Below, piece after piece: positions 13,424-23,923 of a DNA stretch of 64,000 nt. The notes under the pieces were generated by a model that was given only the letters and a program-made list of their open reading frames with translations, ran no database searches and was not told the origin of the DNA. A program made the position numbers and the translations under genes. Every line of letters starts with the position of its first letter. Positions within the stretch are counted from its first letter, which is position 1. This DNA is from Peribolospora baueri (Eukaryota), in NCBI GenBank assembly GCA_029717555.1, contig JAMDHS010000007.1, positions 248,001 through 312,000 of the forward strand. Direction: 5' to 3'.

Positions 13424-16400
13424 GTGAGCGCGTACGCGCGTGTTCGCGCGCGTAGTTGCCTGCGCAGTCGCTGCGCCTGCGATGGCGGTAGCGATGACGA
13501 CGTGCTGCGGCTTGCGCAGCTCGCGTACTTGCGTTAGCGCCAGAGTGAGGTGTTCGTCAGCGATGGCCGATGTGCGACGTGCGTATGTGACTTCACCGCG
13601 CGGCGCGTTGCGTCGTGGCGTTGCACTAGCTCGGTACCTGTGCTATCCTCGGTCGACGCGTCCAAGCTTCCGTCGAACCCGATCCCTGTCTATCAGCGTT
13701 TGCTTGCAACGTCATCCTCGGGCGCCGTCGGGACGCGTCGACCGCCCTGCCCTCCACGTGGCCCGCCCCCTGGCCGCGTTCCTCGGCTACCCTCTGTTCC
13801 ATGTAACTTGCACGCGTGCGCATATGTATGACGAGACCGGGTCCCAATCTAGAGCACACTCGCGCAAGCAGCCCCGGCTTGGTTTGGGCCAAGTGGACTC
13901 CTGCTGAGACGAAGTAGGCCGGAAAAGAAGAGGCCCCACGGCGTCATCACGTCGCTCATTGCGCCATGGCAGCCGTTTCGATCTCTACGGAAGTTCGCTG
14001 ACGGTCGCGAGCCGCATGTAAACAAAAGCGCAGTCTTTTGTTCTCGCGCGGCAACATGGACCAGGGAAGGGTCGGCCTCCGTTTGGCAAGTGCAGGCGCC
14101 TCGCCAGGGTCCGAAATGCTTGGTCAGCCAACGATCCACACTGTAGCGTCGACCTAGCGCATAACGACCGCCTACGGGTACGGTAAGCAGTCGCTTAGAC
14201 GGACCCCCGAACGACAGTAAGCAACAAGTCCTAGTTCAAACGCGCCGCGAATTAGCGAGCTAGAGTCTCGCCGTCGGCCGTCGTTTGTTAGCTAGCATGC
14301 CCACCCAAGTCTGACGCAAGAGACGAGGGCGAGGTGATCTTCGCAGCTCGCGAGACCCAATCACCGCCTGGGTATAGTAGTGAAACGAACGTAGATGATG
14401 TTCATTGTCGCGACTCGCCCGGATCGGCCCGGCCTCAGTCAATCGTTGAGACCTCGCGTCAGATGACGTTTAGCATGTGCGACGACCACAGTCGAGCCTG
14501 GCTTGCGTGCGATAGTGCGTTGATAAGTTTCAGGTCGCGGTCTGCTCTATATTCGTCCTTTGTCGCTTGAGTCTCGCGCAGAGCCTAACTGAGCCCGTGG
14601 CGTCGGATCCGCATCGATGTCTCGTCCTCCTCTTTCCTAGCCCGTTCCATCGCTCTGACCCCTAAATCCCCGTCAATAGGCATCAGTCCACGAGCTAACT
14701 GGCGACCACTGGACTGTACGTCGTCATCAACTTGGGTCGAAGAACTTGTCCAAGCCGCCGACAACTGATGTGAGCGAAACGAAGCCACGTGCTTGGCGTC
14801 CTTCCACCCACCGCGGTCCCACGGCTTCACTTTTTCTATCTTTGTTCGCGCCGGCCTTGCCGACCTGCGTCGTCCAACCAACCCCCCTGTGCGGGCCCGC
14901 GATACTCTTCCTCTTGGCCGTTTTCGTTGCAAGCGTTTCCTAGACATGGCTGCGACAGAGCGGCAAGGATGGATGGAGGCCTGGGCGCAAACGACGGTCA
15001 GCGGAAGAGAGATCATCCCCCCGCCGAGCTTCCGCGTCCTTCTCATCTCGGCCCGGACAGAGAGTACCGTCACAGTACGCCGGGTGCCGCCGGGCACCAT
15101 CACGAACCTGTTGTTTCCTTTCTCCCTCCCCTCCGTGACCTTGGTTCCACTGCCACGCCCGCCAGACGACGCCGCCGAGGTCCGTGCGCTCCCTCGTTGT
15201 CTTCGTCCTCATCACCCCCGATCTCGGCAGGACGACGGACGGACGGAAGATGGACGAATCGGGAGAACGCTTTCAGAACCCGTCAGGGCTCGGCCGGATT
15301 TCGTTCTTCTTTCTCTCGTAGTCCCGGCCTCTGCGCCACGTCGTGCCTTCCAACTGGCGCCGACTGACGACAGACGGCTCCCGTCGTTCGGCCGGCCGGA
15401 CCCCTCCGGCCGAGAGTGCGTCGGGCGCCGCCCAGACCCGCCCGGCGCCGTACGTATGTGTGTGTGCATGTATGTATGTGACATCACATCGTGTACTGGA
15501 GTAGAGTCGCATGACTACGACACGTATGTCTGCCCGTACCACACATATATATGTCCTGGTAAGAGAAGCAAGGACACGCTCACGACTGCGAGCGCGTGTC
15601 GTCCCGCGGGCTCATTTCCTGCGCGCATTGAACGTCATATGGAGGTGTCTTACATCACCATGAAACGCAAGGACATATGCCGCGCATGTGCATGTGTGCG
15701 TGCGACCGCAAGACGTGCTCCTTGTCGCAGTCTCCGCGGATCGCTCCTCTTTCTTCGCAAGCATGCTTGTACATGTGCATGGCCGTATGGACGCCAGGTG
15801 CCATCTGCAAAGTCCCAAGCGACCTGTTCGGCGAGCCCCGGCCGTCTGCGCTTATCAGTCCTTGTCTCGCCCCCTTTCCTTCTTGTCTTCTTTCCTTTTT
15901 GCTTTGCCCAGGCAGAAAGAAGATGCGAGGACTGGCGTACCGATTTTCGCTTAGCAGCGACCCACCAGCAAGGGCAAGCAACGCTGTCGGGAACTGTTCC
16001 CGGCAACGCCCGATCGCTCGGCTCGTCTCGCATCTCACCACCCGCCCTCGCACCTCCGCCCACCAGCCGGTGCAGGGCCTTGTGAGAGGAGGGCCGGCAT
16101 GGGCGTCAGCACTGCCATATGCATCGCATTCCACCCGTCTTCTCTCTCGACCGCGGACAGCGTGCTTGGGAGAATCCCGGTCGGTCGGCACCGCTTGCCT
16201 GGGCCCTGAAAGATGAGCTTTATTATGCGTCGCGACGACGTACCGGAAAGGAAATTTGAAGGAGGACGATGAAGCCGAAAGGTTGCCCGCCGGCATTCCG
16301 GGTCGGTGGGCGGAGGCCACTCCGCGCTCGTGTGTGCGCTAGCCCAACGCTCGGAGGGTGGACCTTTTGGCTGACAGTCAGCGTCACGCTGGACACGCGA

Positions 16401-16646
16401 TTGCACTGGCTGGGCCGTAACCGTGTGCCGAGTACGAGCACCGTCAACGTCGCTCACACCCGCTCGCGATGGTGACTAGGCGTTCGACGACTCGCAGCGA
16501 ATCGATTAGGGATTCTTTGCCAATCTTAAACGTACAGTCGAAGAACGGCCTCGTCGAAGGACGGTGTGTTGACGACATGTAGCATACACGGCATCAACGG
16601 CCACGTATACGTCCGGCCCAGGCTGTTCAGCTCCCCTCCCCACCGC

Positions 16647-18724
16647 TCACCGTCGCTCCCTCAGCTCCAAGCTGTCCACGAGTTGTCCGCTGAACGGCAG
16701 GTCAACGACGCGCCGACTGCGCCTCTGCCGGAGCTTGAGCCAGCGAAAGAGCAGCCTCGACGCGTCCTTGAGGACGACGAAGAGACCCAGCCCGAGCGCG
16801 TTCCGCCACCACACCGGATCGAGGTCGGAAAAGCTGAGCGGGTGGAGCAGGCTCAGTCTCGGCTCAGCAGCGGTCGGCGCGAGGCCGCCTGAAAAGAGGC
16901 TCTCCAGCACCGACGGCTGCGCCTTTGCGTACCGCGATCCGTCGAAGAGCGGCAAGATGCCCATAAGCTCGCTGGCGTCCGAAGAAGGACGAGGCGCAAA
17001 CGGACCTGTCATGCCGAGCACCTTCCTTAACCGGCTGCTGTATCGGGCTAGTCGGGCGAGCAGGCTGCCCATGATGGACGAGACATGGGGCATGAGCAGT
17101 GCTCCCACCGCCAGTCGTCCCACCGAGTGGCGTGTGACGATCAGTGTCTCCTCATCTACCGCCCGTCCTTCCTCACCCTCTCCCGGCGCAACACCCTCGG
17201 TCTCCTCTTCTTCCCACCCTTCGTCCTGAGGATCATCCCCGTCCAGCACGACCACCCGCCTTCGACCGCGATCTCCCACCGGTAGCTGTTGCATCGAATC
17301 GACATCCCTCCCGTCCGCCGTTGTCGAAGACCGCGCACGACCGCGAGATGAGGAGGAAGGGCCGGGCTTGAGTACGGCACGGAAGATGCGCCGTTTGAGG
17401 GCGAGATACAGCATCCGGACCCACGGGAGGATGCACACCGTCCACATGGGCGAAGGCGGGTACCCCAACAGCTGGTGGCGTTGTGGCGACCATGGCAAAG
17501 ACGGGTAGTGCAGCGTCGTCGTGTGGATTTGCGTCGCTGGGAGGGCGAGGTAGACCGGAAGCCAGGAAATGAGGTGGTCGAAGAGGCGAGTGCGGGCTGC
17601 CGTGAGCACAAAGGGAATCATCGGCAGATTCACCTGGAGACGTGAAACAAATCGTCATTTCCAGTCAGCTCTTATCGGGGCTCGCTGAGGCCCAACCCCC
17701 TTGTGAAGGCAAAGATAAAGACGTTGCGTGCTCACATAGTAATGCCATGGCCAAGGACGGGCGAGCACTCTGGACGCCGCCTGAGCACCGAGGAAGAGTC
17801 GAAGTGCGTGGGCGCCATATGCGGCGGAGGAGATAAGGATGGCAGCGGCGACGGCTGTAGCGGGGGAAGAAAGATGAGCATCATCGAGCATCGTCAGCTA
17901 CGCAGAGATTCCCCCCGAGAACAACCTCGTCCAGAGCCATCGCTCTCTGAGATCAACTCACCCCCAGCGCTGAGGTGTGGAACCACTCTGCCGATCACTT
18001 GATCCCCCGCCTCGAGCAGACGAAGGAGTGCCGGCGTGGTTTCTACAATCTGGAATGGTTCGCCACATTGTGGGCACGATGGTGTGCTCATCGGCTTGGA
18101 AGCTCGAAGGTGTGCTATCCAGGAAAGAAGGCACTGTACAACAAATACATGAGAAAGGAAAGGGTTTAAAAACAAGTGGAATCAACAAAATCGTTCTAAT
18201 CAGCGGGGATTGCCCCTAGACTTTTCCATGAAATACTTTCTCACCGACTCGTGTGCAACGAGCGTGCATTTGCAAGGATGAACAAACCGTCTCCTGCTCC
18301 CTCGTATTGCACGCCTCTCTCCACGATTTCGCTGCCATTGTGACGACGCGGAGGAGACGGGGACGGAATCTGCGACGGCGGTGTCGGCGGTCTCCTCCTC
18401 CGAGCAGATCCAGCAGCTCTTCACCCTCAGATCGTTTACCGTGACCAGCCGAGTAGGCAGCACGCTAATGGTGGAAAATGAAGACCGAAGCGGCCGCTTC
18501 TCCTCGGAACGAGACATCCTCGCGGCAGTGGGAGTCGTAGGTGGCCCATCGGCTGGGAGCTCCGTGGCGGCCGGATGGAGTGCAGCGTCTGGGACGTACA
18601 TATGGTTTGCAGAGGGTCTCGCAGTTAATGAAGAGGAAACGTCTTGCAGCGAGTGCAAGAGGGAGTCTGTGTGCAGGGGGTCTCCGGCAGCACGACGAGA
18701 AGGAAGATGGGAATAAGAAGACAT
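16647..18724 (-). CDS. RING-CH (RINGv/MARCH5-like) membrane E3 ubiquitin ligase, multi-exon
   Basis: C4HC3 RINGv: CWIC...HPCKCTLVAHES|CLLSWI...CPQCGEPF across intron 18244-18134. Downstream hydrophobic segments: NLPMIPFVL, VGRLAVGALLMP, WWRNALGLGLFVVLKDA. Confidence 0.85.
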
Positions 18725-19447
18725 GCCGGCGGGTCGACGATGGACGTCGTTGGAAGGATGGATGGTGAGCAGCGTCTGCGAAGTGGGTCTCGACTGCGGC
18801 ACCGCCAACTTTCCACGTGACTTAATTGGGTTACACGCGCGAGACGCGGCGGAGCCGGAAGGAGAGCTATGAGCAGAGGGGGCCACAAGTTTCGTTTATC
18901 CTTCATCCTCCATTCCATTCTTCATCCTTCATCTCCTCGCAGTTTCTGCCCGCACCATCCATCAACCGCGCTTAGCGCGCCCGACAACATTCACGAATGC
19001 TACCCCCCGCCAAGTGCACTTCAACGCTTCTTCGACCTCAGACCTCTGTCCTTGATTAATAGACAAGCGCGTCCCAGCAACCAAAGTGACTTGATATCTC
19101 CCACGATGGCATCTTTCTCTCTCTCCAACGTCAATTCTCTCTGGCGTGCCCAGGCTGCAGCGAACGATAAGACCGGAGACGTCCATGATCTCAATCCCCA
19201 CGAACAGAAACGATCCTCGCCTAGCTCTGAGAAGCGAGCCCAGGTCGGGGAAGGTGGCACCGACTCGAAAAAAGCTAGAACGCATGGATTGTCTGAGCAA
19301 TCATTTGTTCGTCGGGGTGGAGGGGTCGTGCTTGTAAATCCTGGAGGTGCGTTCCATCATCACGTCTGGCCTTTTTCCTGGTGTCACTGAAGTCGCTGAC
19401 GCGCGCTTTTATCGTGTCGACACTATTACCGTCGATCAGATGGCAGC

Positions 19448-22400
19448 ATGAGCTCACGACACTCGAACGATCCTTCGACCTCGCTGACCTTAAGAGACAT
19501 AAACAACACTGGTCCGATGGACCATATCGACGCCACTGTCGCATCTCTTGCCGCCTTCGCTTCTCCCGCCCCTTTCCGAGGTCCACCTGCCGATATGTCC
19601 TCGGAAGCATCTATCTTCAACCCTGGCGGCGGTGAAGCCAGCAATTCAAGCGCTACTGTGACGGAATCTTCATTGACTACGGCTGCACCTACCACGCCTG
19701 GCCGTCCCAGCACCAGTAAGGACCAATCAGAATCAGCAGCCACGCCGCATAACGATCCTCCCGTCGTGCGAACGCCCAAGTCTATTCTCAGACTCCGAGC
19801 TCCCGGCGGCGGCGCGACGCTAGGCACACCTACCGGAGGAGGTTCGTCTACGCCGAAGAGCGTTGCGTGGGGCAAGTTTGGTACGCGCATCTTCAGCGCC
19901 GACTCGTACGGTTTGAGCGGAGACGCGAGTATAGAGGAGCTCGAGCAGAGCATCGGGTCAATCGCAACCGACGACGGTCTGTATCCTGGGCCTCGTGTGC
20001 AAAGCTCTGCGGGCGCGGGCGAGGGTGAAGATGGGTCGGACAGACGGCAGGATGACAACGAGATGGACGAAGCCGCCGCTGTAGAGAAGACTGTGAGCTT
20101 TCTCTCGCCCTCCCAGCAAGACACGTCATCAGCGTCCACTCGTCCCTCCCATTCGCCATCGCCCAGCATCAGTTCACGCTCTCCTGGGGCTTCTCGTACC
20201 TCATCTAACCGCGCACCTTCTCCCATGCCTCCACTTGGGCCGTCATCTGGGACGCCAAGGAAATCTTGGGCAAACGATGGCAAGGCGTCCACCTCACCGA
20301 CAACCTCTCCAGACCCGAGCAATGCGTTCGCTTTTGTCTCTCCTGCTAGTGCACACATTAGCAAAGGGAATCGGCGTCTGTCTTTCAACCTCTCGCGTGA
20401 ATGGCCCGCCTTTCAAGGCACCGGCGGACTCAGCAACCTGGAGGAGGACGAGCGGGAGGGTCAAGCCGAGGACCTGAGTTTGGATGTCAGCAAGGACTCG
20501 TCTTCGCTCCTGAGCGGCGCAAACGGGCCGTCCCCGGACCGTGTTGGGAACAACTCGAAGGAAAACAGCTACGATGATGACGAAGAACCCGATTCGGCCG
20601 TCTTCCGAGCCGAGGCGGCGAGACTCGAGGCGCGAGAGTTTCAGTCGACGCCAGTGAGGGCTTTTCCTACGACGCCACAATCCAAGCAGCTCACGTCCGT
20701 TTCTCCCTCATCAGTTGGGGACGCATTCGTCTCATTCGCTGCAAACGCGATCACCCCTCGAATGACACCTGGAAGCTCATACGCGACGCCATTCAAGAGT
20801 CTAGAGGACGCTGGAGGAGACGTTTCTGTCTACGCCACACCCGGTCAGTCCAGGGCTCCCGTCTGCGCTACGTCGGATCAGTCCAGAGCTTCTGCCTACG
20901 CTACGCCGGATCAGGAGGACGCTGGAGGTGACGTTTCTGTCTACGCCACACCCTGTCAGTCCAGGGCTCTCGTCTGCGCTACGCCGGATCAGTCCAGAGC
21001 TTCTATCTACGCTACGCCGGATCAGTCCAGAGTTTCTGTCTACGCTACGCCGGATCAGTTTAAGCCGGATCAGTCCAGAGAGATCTGGCTAGCTCAAGCC
21101 GCGCTCGCAGATGCGCAAGCCAAGGTCAGCGCCAGCTGGGAAGGCCGCTACGCGACGGTCAAGGCCAAGACGGACCTCCTCGAAGCGGAGACGGAGCGGC
21201 TGCGCAAGGTTGAGGAGCTCGCTATGCGGCGCGCCGAAGACGCGGAACGCGCACGAGACGAGGCTTACGCTCTCGTGGAACTTGCCCGGGAGGAAATTCG
21301 GAGGGGGCACGAAGAGTTCGAAAGGAAGCAGGCGGAGACTGCGGCTCTGGTCGTCAAGCTGAAAGAGCAGATCGAGCGCAGGTCGCGGCTGGGACAGTCC
21401 GAGCGCGCATCGGAGATGGAGACGGGGAAGTCCTTTGACCAGGAGGGGAATGCTGCACTAAAGGAGGCCGTGGACATCGCCGAGCAAAGGGCCGAGGCCG
21501 CCGAACGTGCTCGAGACGAAGCCTACGCCCTTGCCGAGGAAGCACAAGAGGAGGCCCGTCAACGTCGGCAAGAATTCGAGGAAAAGGAGGCTCTTATCGA
21601 TGAGCTTGAGAGCCAAGCTGACCGCAACGCGCAGAGAGCCGAAGAGCGCGACCGAGACGAAGCGCACGACCTCCTTGCACGTGCCCAAGAGGAGGCCCGT
21701 CGACGTCAGGAAGATTTTGAGAAGAAGGAAGGCGAGACGGCGGCTCGGGTCGTTCAGCTGGAGGAGCAGCTCGAGCGCGCCTCCCGCAGGGCCGACAAAG
21801 TGGAGCGTGATCGGAATGAGGCCTTCGTCCTCGTCGACCGTGCAGAAGAGGAGATTCGGCGGGGCCGAGAGGAGGCAGAGAAGAAATTGACGGAGACCGA
21901 GGCTGTGGTCTCCGAGCTCGAGACGCTGCTCGAGCAGACCTCCCGGAGGGCTGACGACGCGGAGCGTGGCCGAGATGAGGCTCGCACGCTTGTCGAGCGC
22001 AGAGAGGAGGAGATTCGGCGGCTTCGGGAAGAGCTGGAGAAGAAGCAGGCGTTGACGAAGCGTCGGGTTTCTGAACTCGAGGCTCTTGTCGAACGCACAC
22101 CACGAAGGGCTGAGGACGCAGGGCGTGGTCGAGACGACTCTTATGCCGTGGTTGACAGCATGGCCCTGGCTCGCCTCGAGAAGAAGAACCTCAACCTCGA
22201 GGAGGACGTCGAGCAGCTCAATATCGCCTTGCACGCGCAGCAGGTGGAAAACAGCATGCTCAAGAGACAGCTCGCCAACGCAGGGATCGGTAGCGGCCTA
22301 CTAGAGAAGGTCGCTAGCACGCCGAAGACTCCGAAAACGGGCGGTAGAGCGAGCGGTCTGCCTAGCACCGTCACCGGAGCGACTCGCCTTGCTCCGCCTT

Positions 22401-22711
22401 CGTCGTCGAAGGATAGCGGCACGAAGAAGGTTGGCGCACCACTCGTTTCTCGCCGCCCGTCTGCCGTCAATCGTCGACTGTCAGCAGCTCCACCTTCAGT
22501 GCCCGAGGAGCGAGAGGATACAGAAGACATGACGACTAGTTCGATCGCCTCAAGCGCCTCGCGTAGACGGTCGACTTCTTCTTCCCTTTCGATGCGCGGC
22601 ACGGGAATGACATCCCGCCCTTCGACTACGGCAACCTTGCGCACCTCAACCCGGGCCAATGTCATTCAAGACACATCGAGAAGATCTTCGACGACGAGCA
22701 TCCGTAAATAA
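19448..22711 (+). CDS. Large coiled-coil protein with disordered Ser/Thr-Pro-rich N-terminus (putative spindle-pole-body/cytoskeletal scaffold). May have an extra 5' exon from ATG 19106.
   Basis: 1087-aa uninterrupted ORF. RTPKSILR...TP..KSVAW motif, YATP repeats, about six 53-aa E/R-rich heptad repeats, C-terminal LEEDVEQLNIALHAQQVENSMLKRQ. Function is inferred. Confidence 0.75.
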   Translation: MSSRHSNDPSTSLTLRDINNTGPMDHIDATVASLAAFASPAPFRGPPADMSSEASIFNPGGGEASNSSATVTESSLTTAAPTTPGRPSTSKDQSESAATPHNDPPVVRTPKSILRLRAPGGGATLGTPTGGGSSTPKSVAWGKFGTRIFSADSYGLSGDASIEELEQSIGSIATDDGLYPGPRVQSSAGAGEGEDGSDRRQDDNEMDEAAAVEKTVSFLSPSQQDTSSASTRPSHSPSPSISSRSPGASRTSSNRAPSPMPPLGPSSGTPRKSWANDGKASTSPTTSPDPSNAFAFVSPASAHISKGNRRLSFNLSREWPAFQGTGGLSNLEEDEREGQAEDLSLDVSKDSSSLLSGANGPSPDRVGNNSKENSYDDDEEPDSAVFRAEAARLEAREFQSTPVRAFPTTPQSKQLTSVSPSSVGDAFVSFAANAITPRMTPGSSYATPFKSLEDAGGDVSVYATPGQSRAPVCATSDQSRASAYATPDQEDAGGDVSVYATPCQSRALVCATPDQSRASIYATPDQSRVSVYATPDQFKPDQSREIWLAQAALADAQAKVSASWEGRYATVKAKTDLLEAETERLRKVEELAMRRAEDAERARDEAYALVELAREEIRRGHEEFERKQAETAALVVKLKEQIERRSRLGQSERASEMETGKSFDQEGNAALKEAVDIAEQRAEAAERARDEAYALAEEAQEEARQRRQEFEEKEALIDELESQADRNAQRAEERDRDEAHDLLARAQEEARRRQEDFEKKEGETAARVVQLEEQLERASRRADKVERDRNEAFVLVDRAEEEIRRGREEAEKKLTETEAVVSELETLLEQTSRRADDAERGRDEARTLVERREEEIRRLREELEKKQALTKRRVSELEALVERTPRRAEDAGRGRDDSYAVVDSMALARLEKKNLNLEEDVEQLNIALHAQQVENSMLKRQLANAGIGSGLLEKVASTPKTPKTGGRASGLPSTVTGATRLAPPSSSKDSGTKKVGAPLVSRRPSAVNRRLSAAPPSVPEEREDTEDMTTSSIASSASRRRSTSSSLSMRGTGMTSRPSTTATLRTSTRANVIQDTSRRSSTTSIRK
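20804..21077 (+). repeat. Intragenic tandem repeat: 111-bp duplication built from about 33-bp units encoding (S/V)x(Y/C)ATP(D/G)QSR
   Basis: gaggacgctggagg(a/t)gacgtttctgtctacgccacaccc occurs at 20804 and 20915; tacgctacgccggatcag recurs. Confidence 0.9.
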
Positions 22712-23923
22712 TCTAAAACGAATTTAATTTGTCGATTTTCTAGTTGTGATCTTAACTAACCCGCTCCTGAGCGGCATGATGTTCGATGCTGATGATGACG
22801 CTGAAAACGAAAGGAAGGGAGGAAGTAGGCGCATGGGGGGTGATTTCCAGCGGCGATACAGCGGCGGGCATGTGCATGACCGACACGATACCGCAGCCAA
22901 GTCCACGTGATTCATTATCGCACGGGCCAACAACTCCGCTGCCAAGAACGTGGACTCACATCGATTCAAGGCGCACGACCATGACCATGAATTGCCAACC
23001 CGGGGTCGCAGTCCTCGACGCTCGTCGCCGACCATGTCGCGAGCTCCTCCTTCCTCCTCCTCCTTTGCTTCGGCCGTCCACGACCTTGTAAATTTGTATT
23101 CTGTCCCTGCTCTCTCCGCGTCCAACCAATCCCTTGCCCATTAGGGTAGAACGTCCTTCGCCCCCCGTCCCCCCTCCCCATGTAGCCTACCCTCCCGTCA
23201 CTAGCCCATCCTCCTCCGTCTCCTCCCCGTCTTCCCAACCGTGTCACGACCTCAAACCGGACGGTCCCGACTCGTGTGGCCCATGAAATATCGCCCATGA
23301 AATTTGAGCCACTTTTGTGTGTGCAGATATAACCATCTATTGAAAGCTTCCGCCAGATGCATCGGTCTGACAGTTTCATTAGTGCAGGGCAGGGCGCGCG
23401 ACGACCCGGTGACAGGGACAGGGGCAGAAAAAAGGCGCGAGGTGGAGATTTCAGCTTCAAGTCTACTTGGAAACGTTGGGCGGGCGGAACGGGGAAATAC
23501 GAACTGGCTGTGAAAGGGGATACGGACGAGGAAAGGGAAGAGAGAAGGAAGGGTGCTTACGGACAATGTAGTGTGGAGTTTAAATGGAAGATGAAAAAAA
23601 AAAATGGAGGTGATAGGGGGGATGGCAGGAAAAAAAGGTGAGAAAAGGGGGCGATGGAGACGGGTTCGATGCGCGCGGTTACATGCAGGAGAGGGTATAC
23701 AGGAATGGATAAAAAGACGCGCTCTTTTGGGGGTGGTCGATCCGATTCGGAAGCGGAGACCGAGAGGGGGGAATGATGGCAAGAGGAGGCGAATGAGAAA
23801 AAAAAAAAGAAGAGCGGGAAGGGTAGGTAGGAGTGCGGGAGGAGGATACCCCGGTAGGGGTCGTGAACGGCAAATGTCGTATCATAGATCGTTAGAGAAC
23901 CCGACTGAGCGAGGGAAGAAAAC

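Noticed and set aside
14100..14700. Helitron 3' end among several CTAG sites near the orphan M48 exon
   Set aside because: No convincing GC-rich hairpin about 11 nt before a CTAG-T junction and no Rep/Hel coding remnants could be established by eye.
14793..16085. 430-aa + strand ORF
   Set aside because: Non-ATG start, crosses simple repeats and has no recognisable domain; likely a GC-rich spurious ORF.
20804..21077. Regularly spaced ~33-bp repeats as a CRISPR array
   Set aside because: The context is eukaryotic, the repeats are in-frame coding tandem units without unique spacers, and there are no cas genes.
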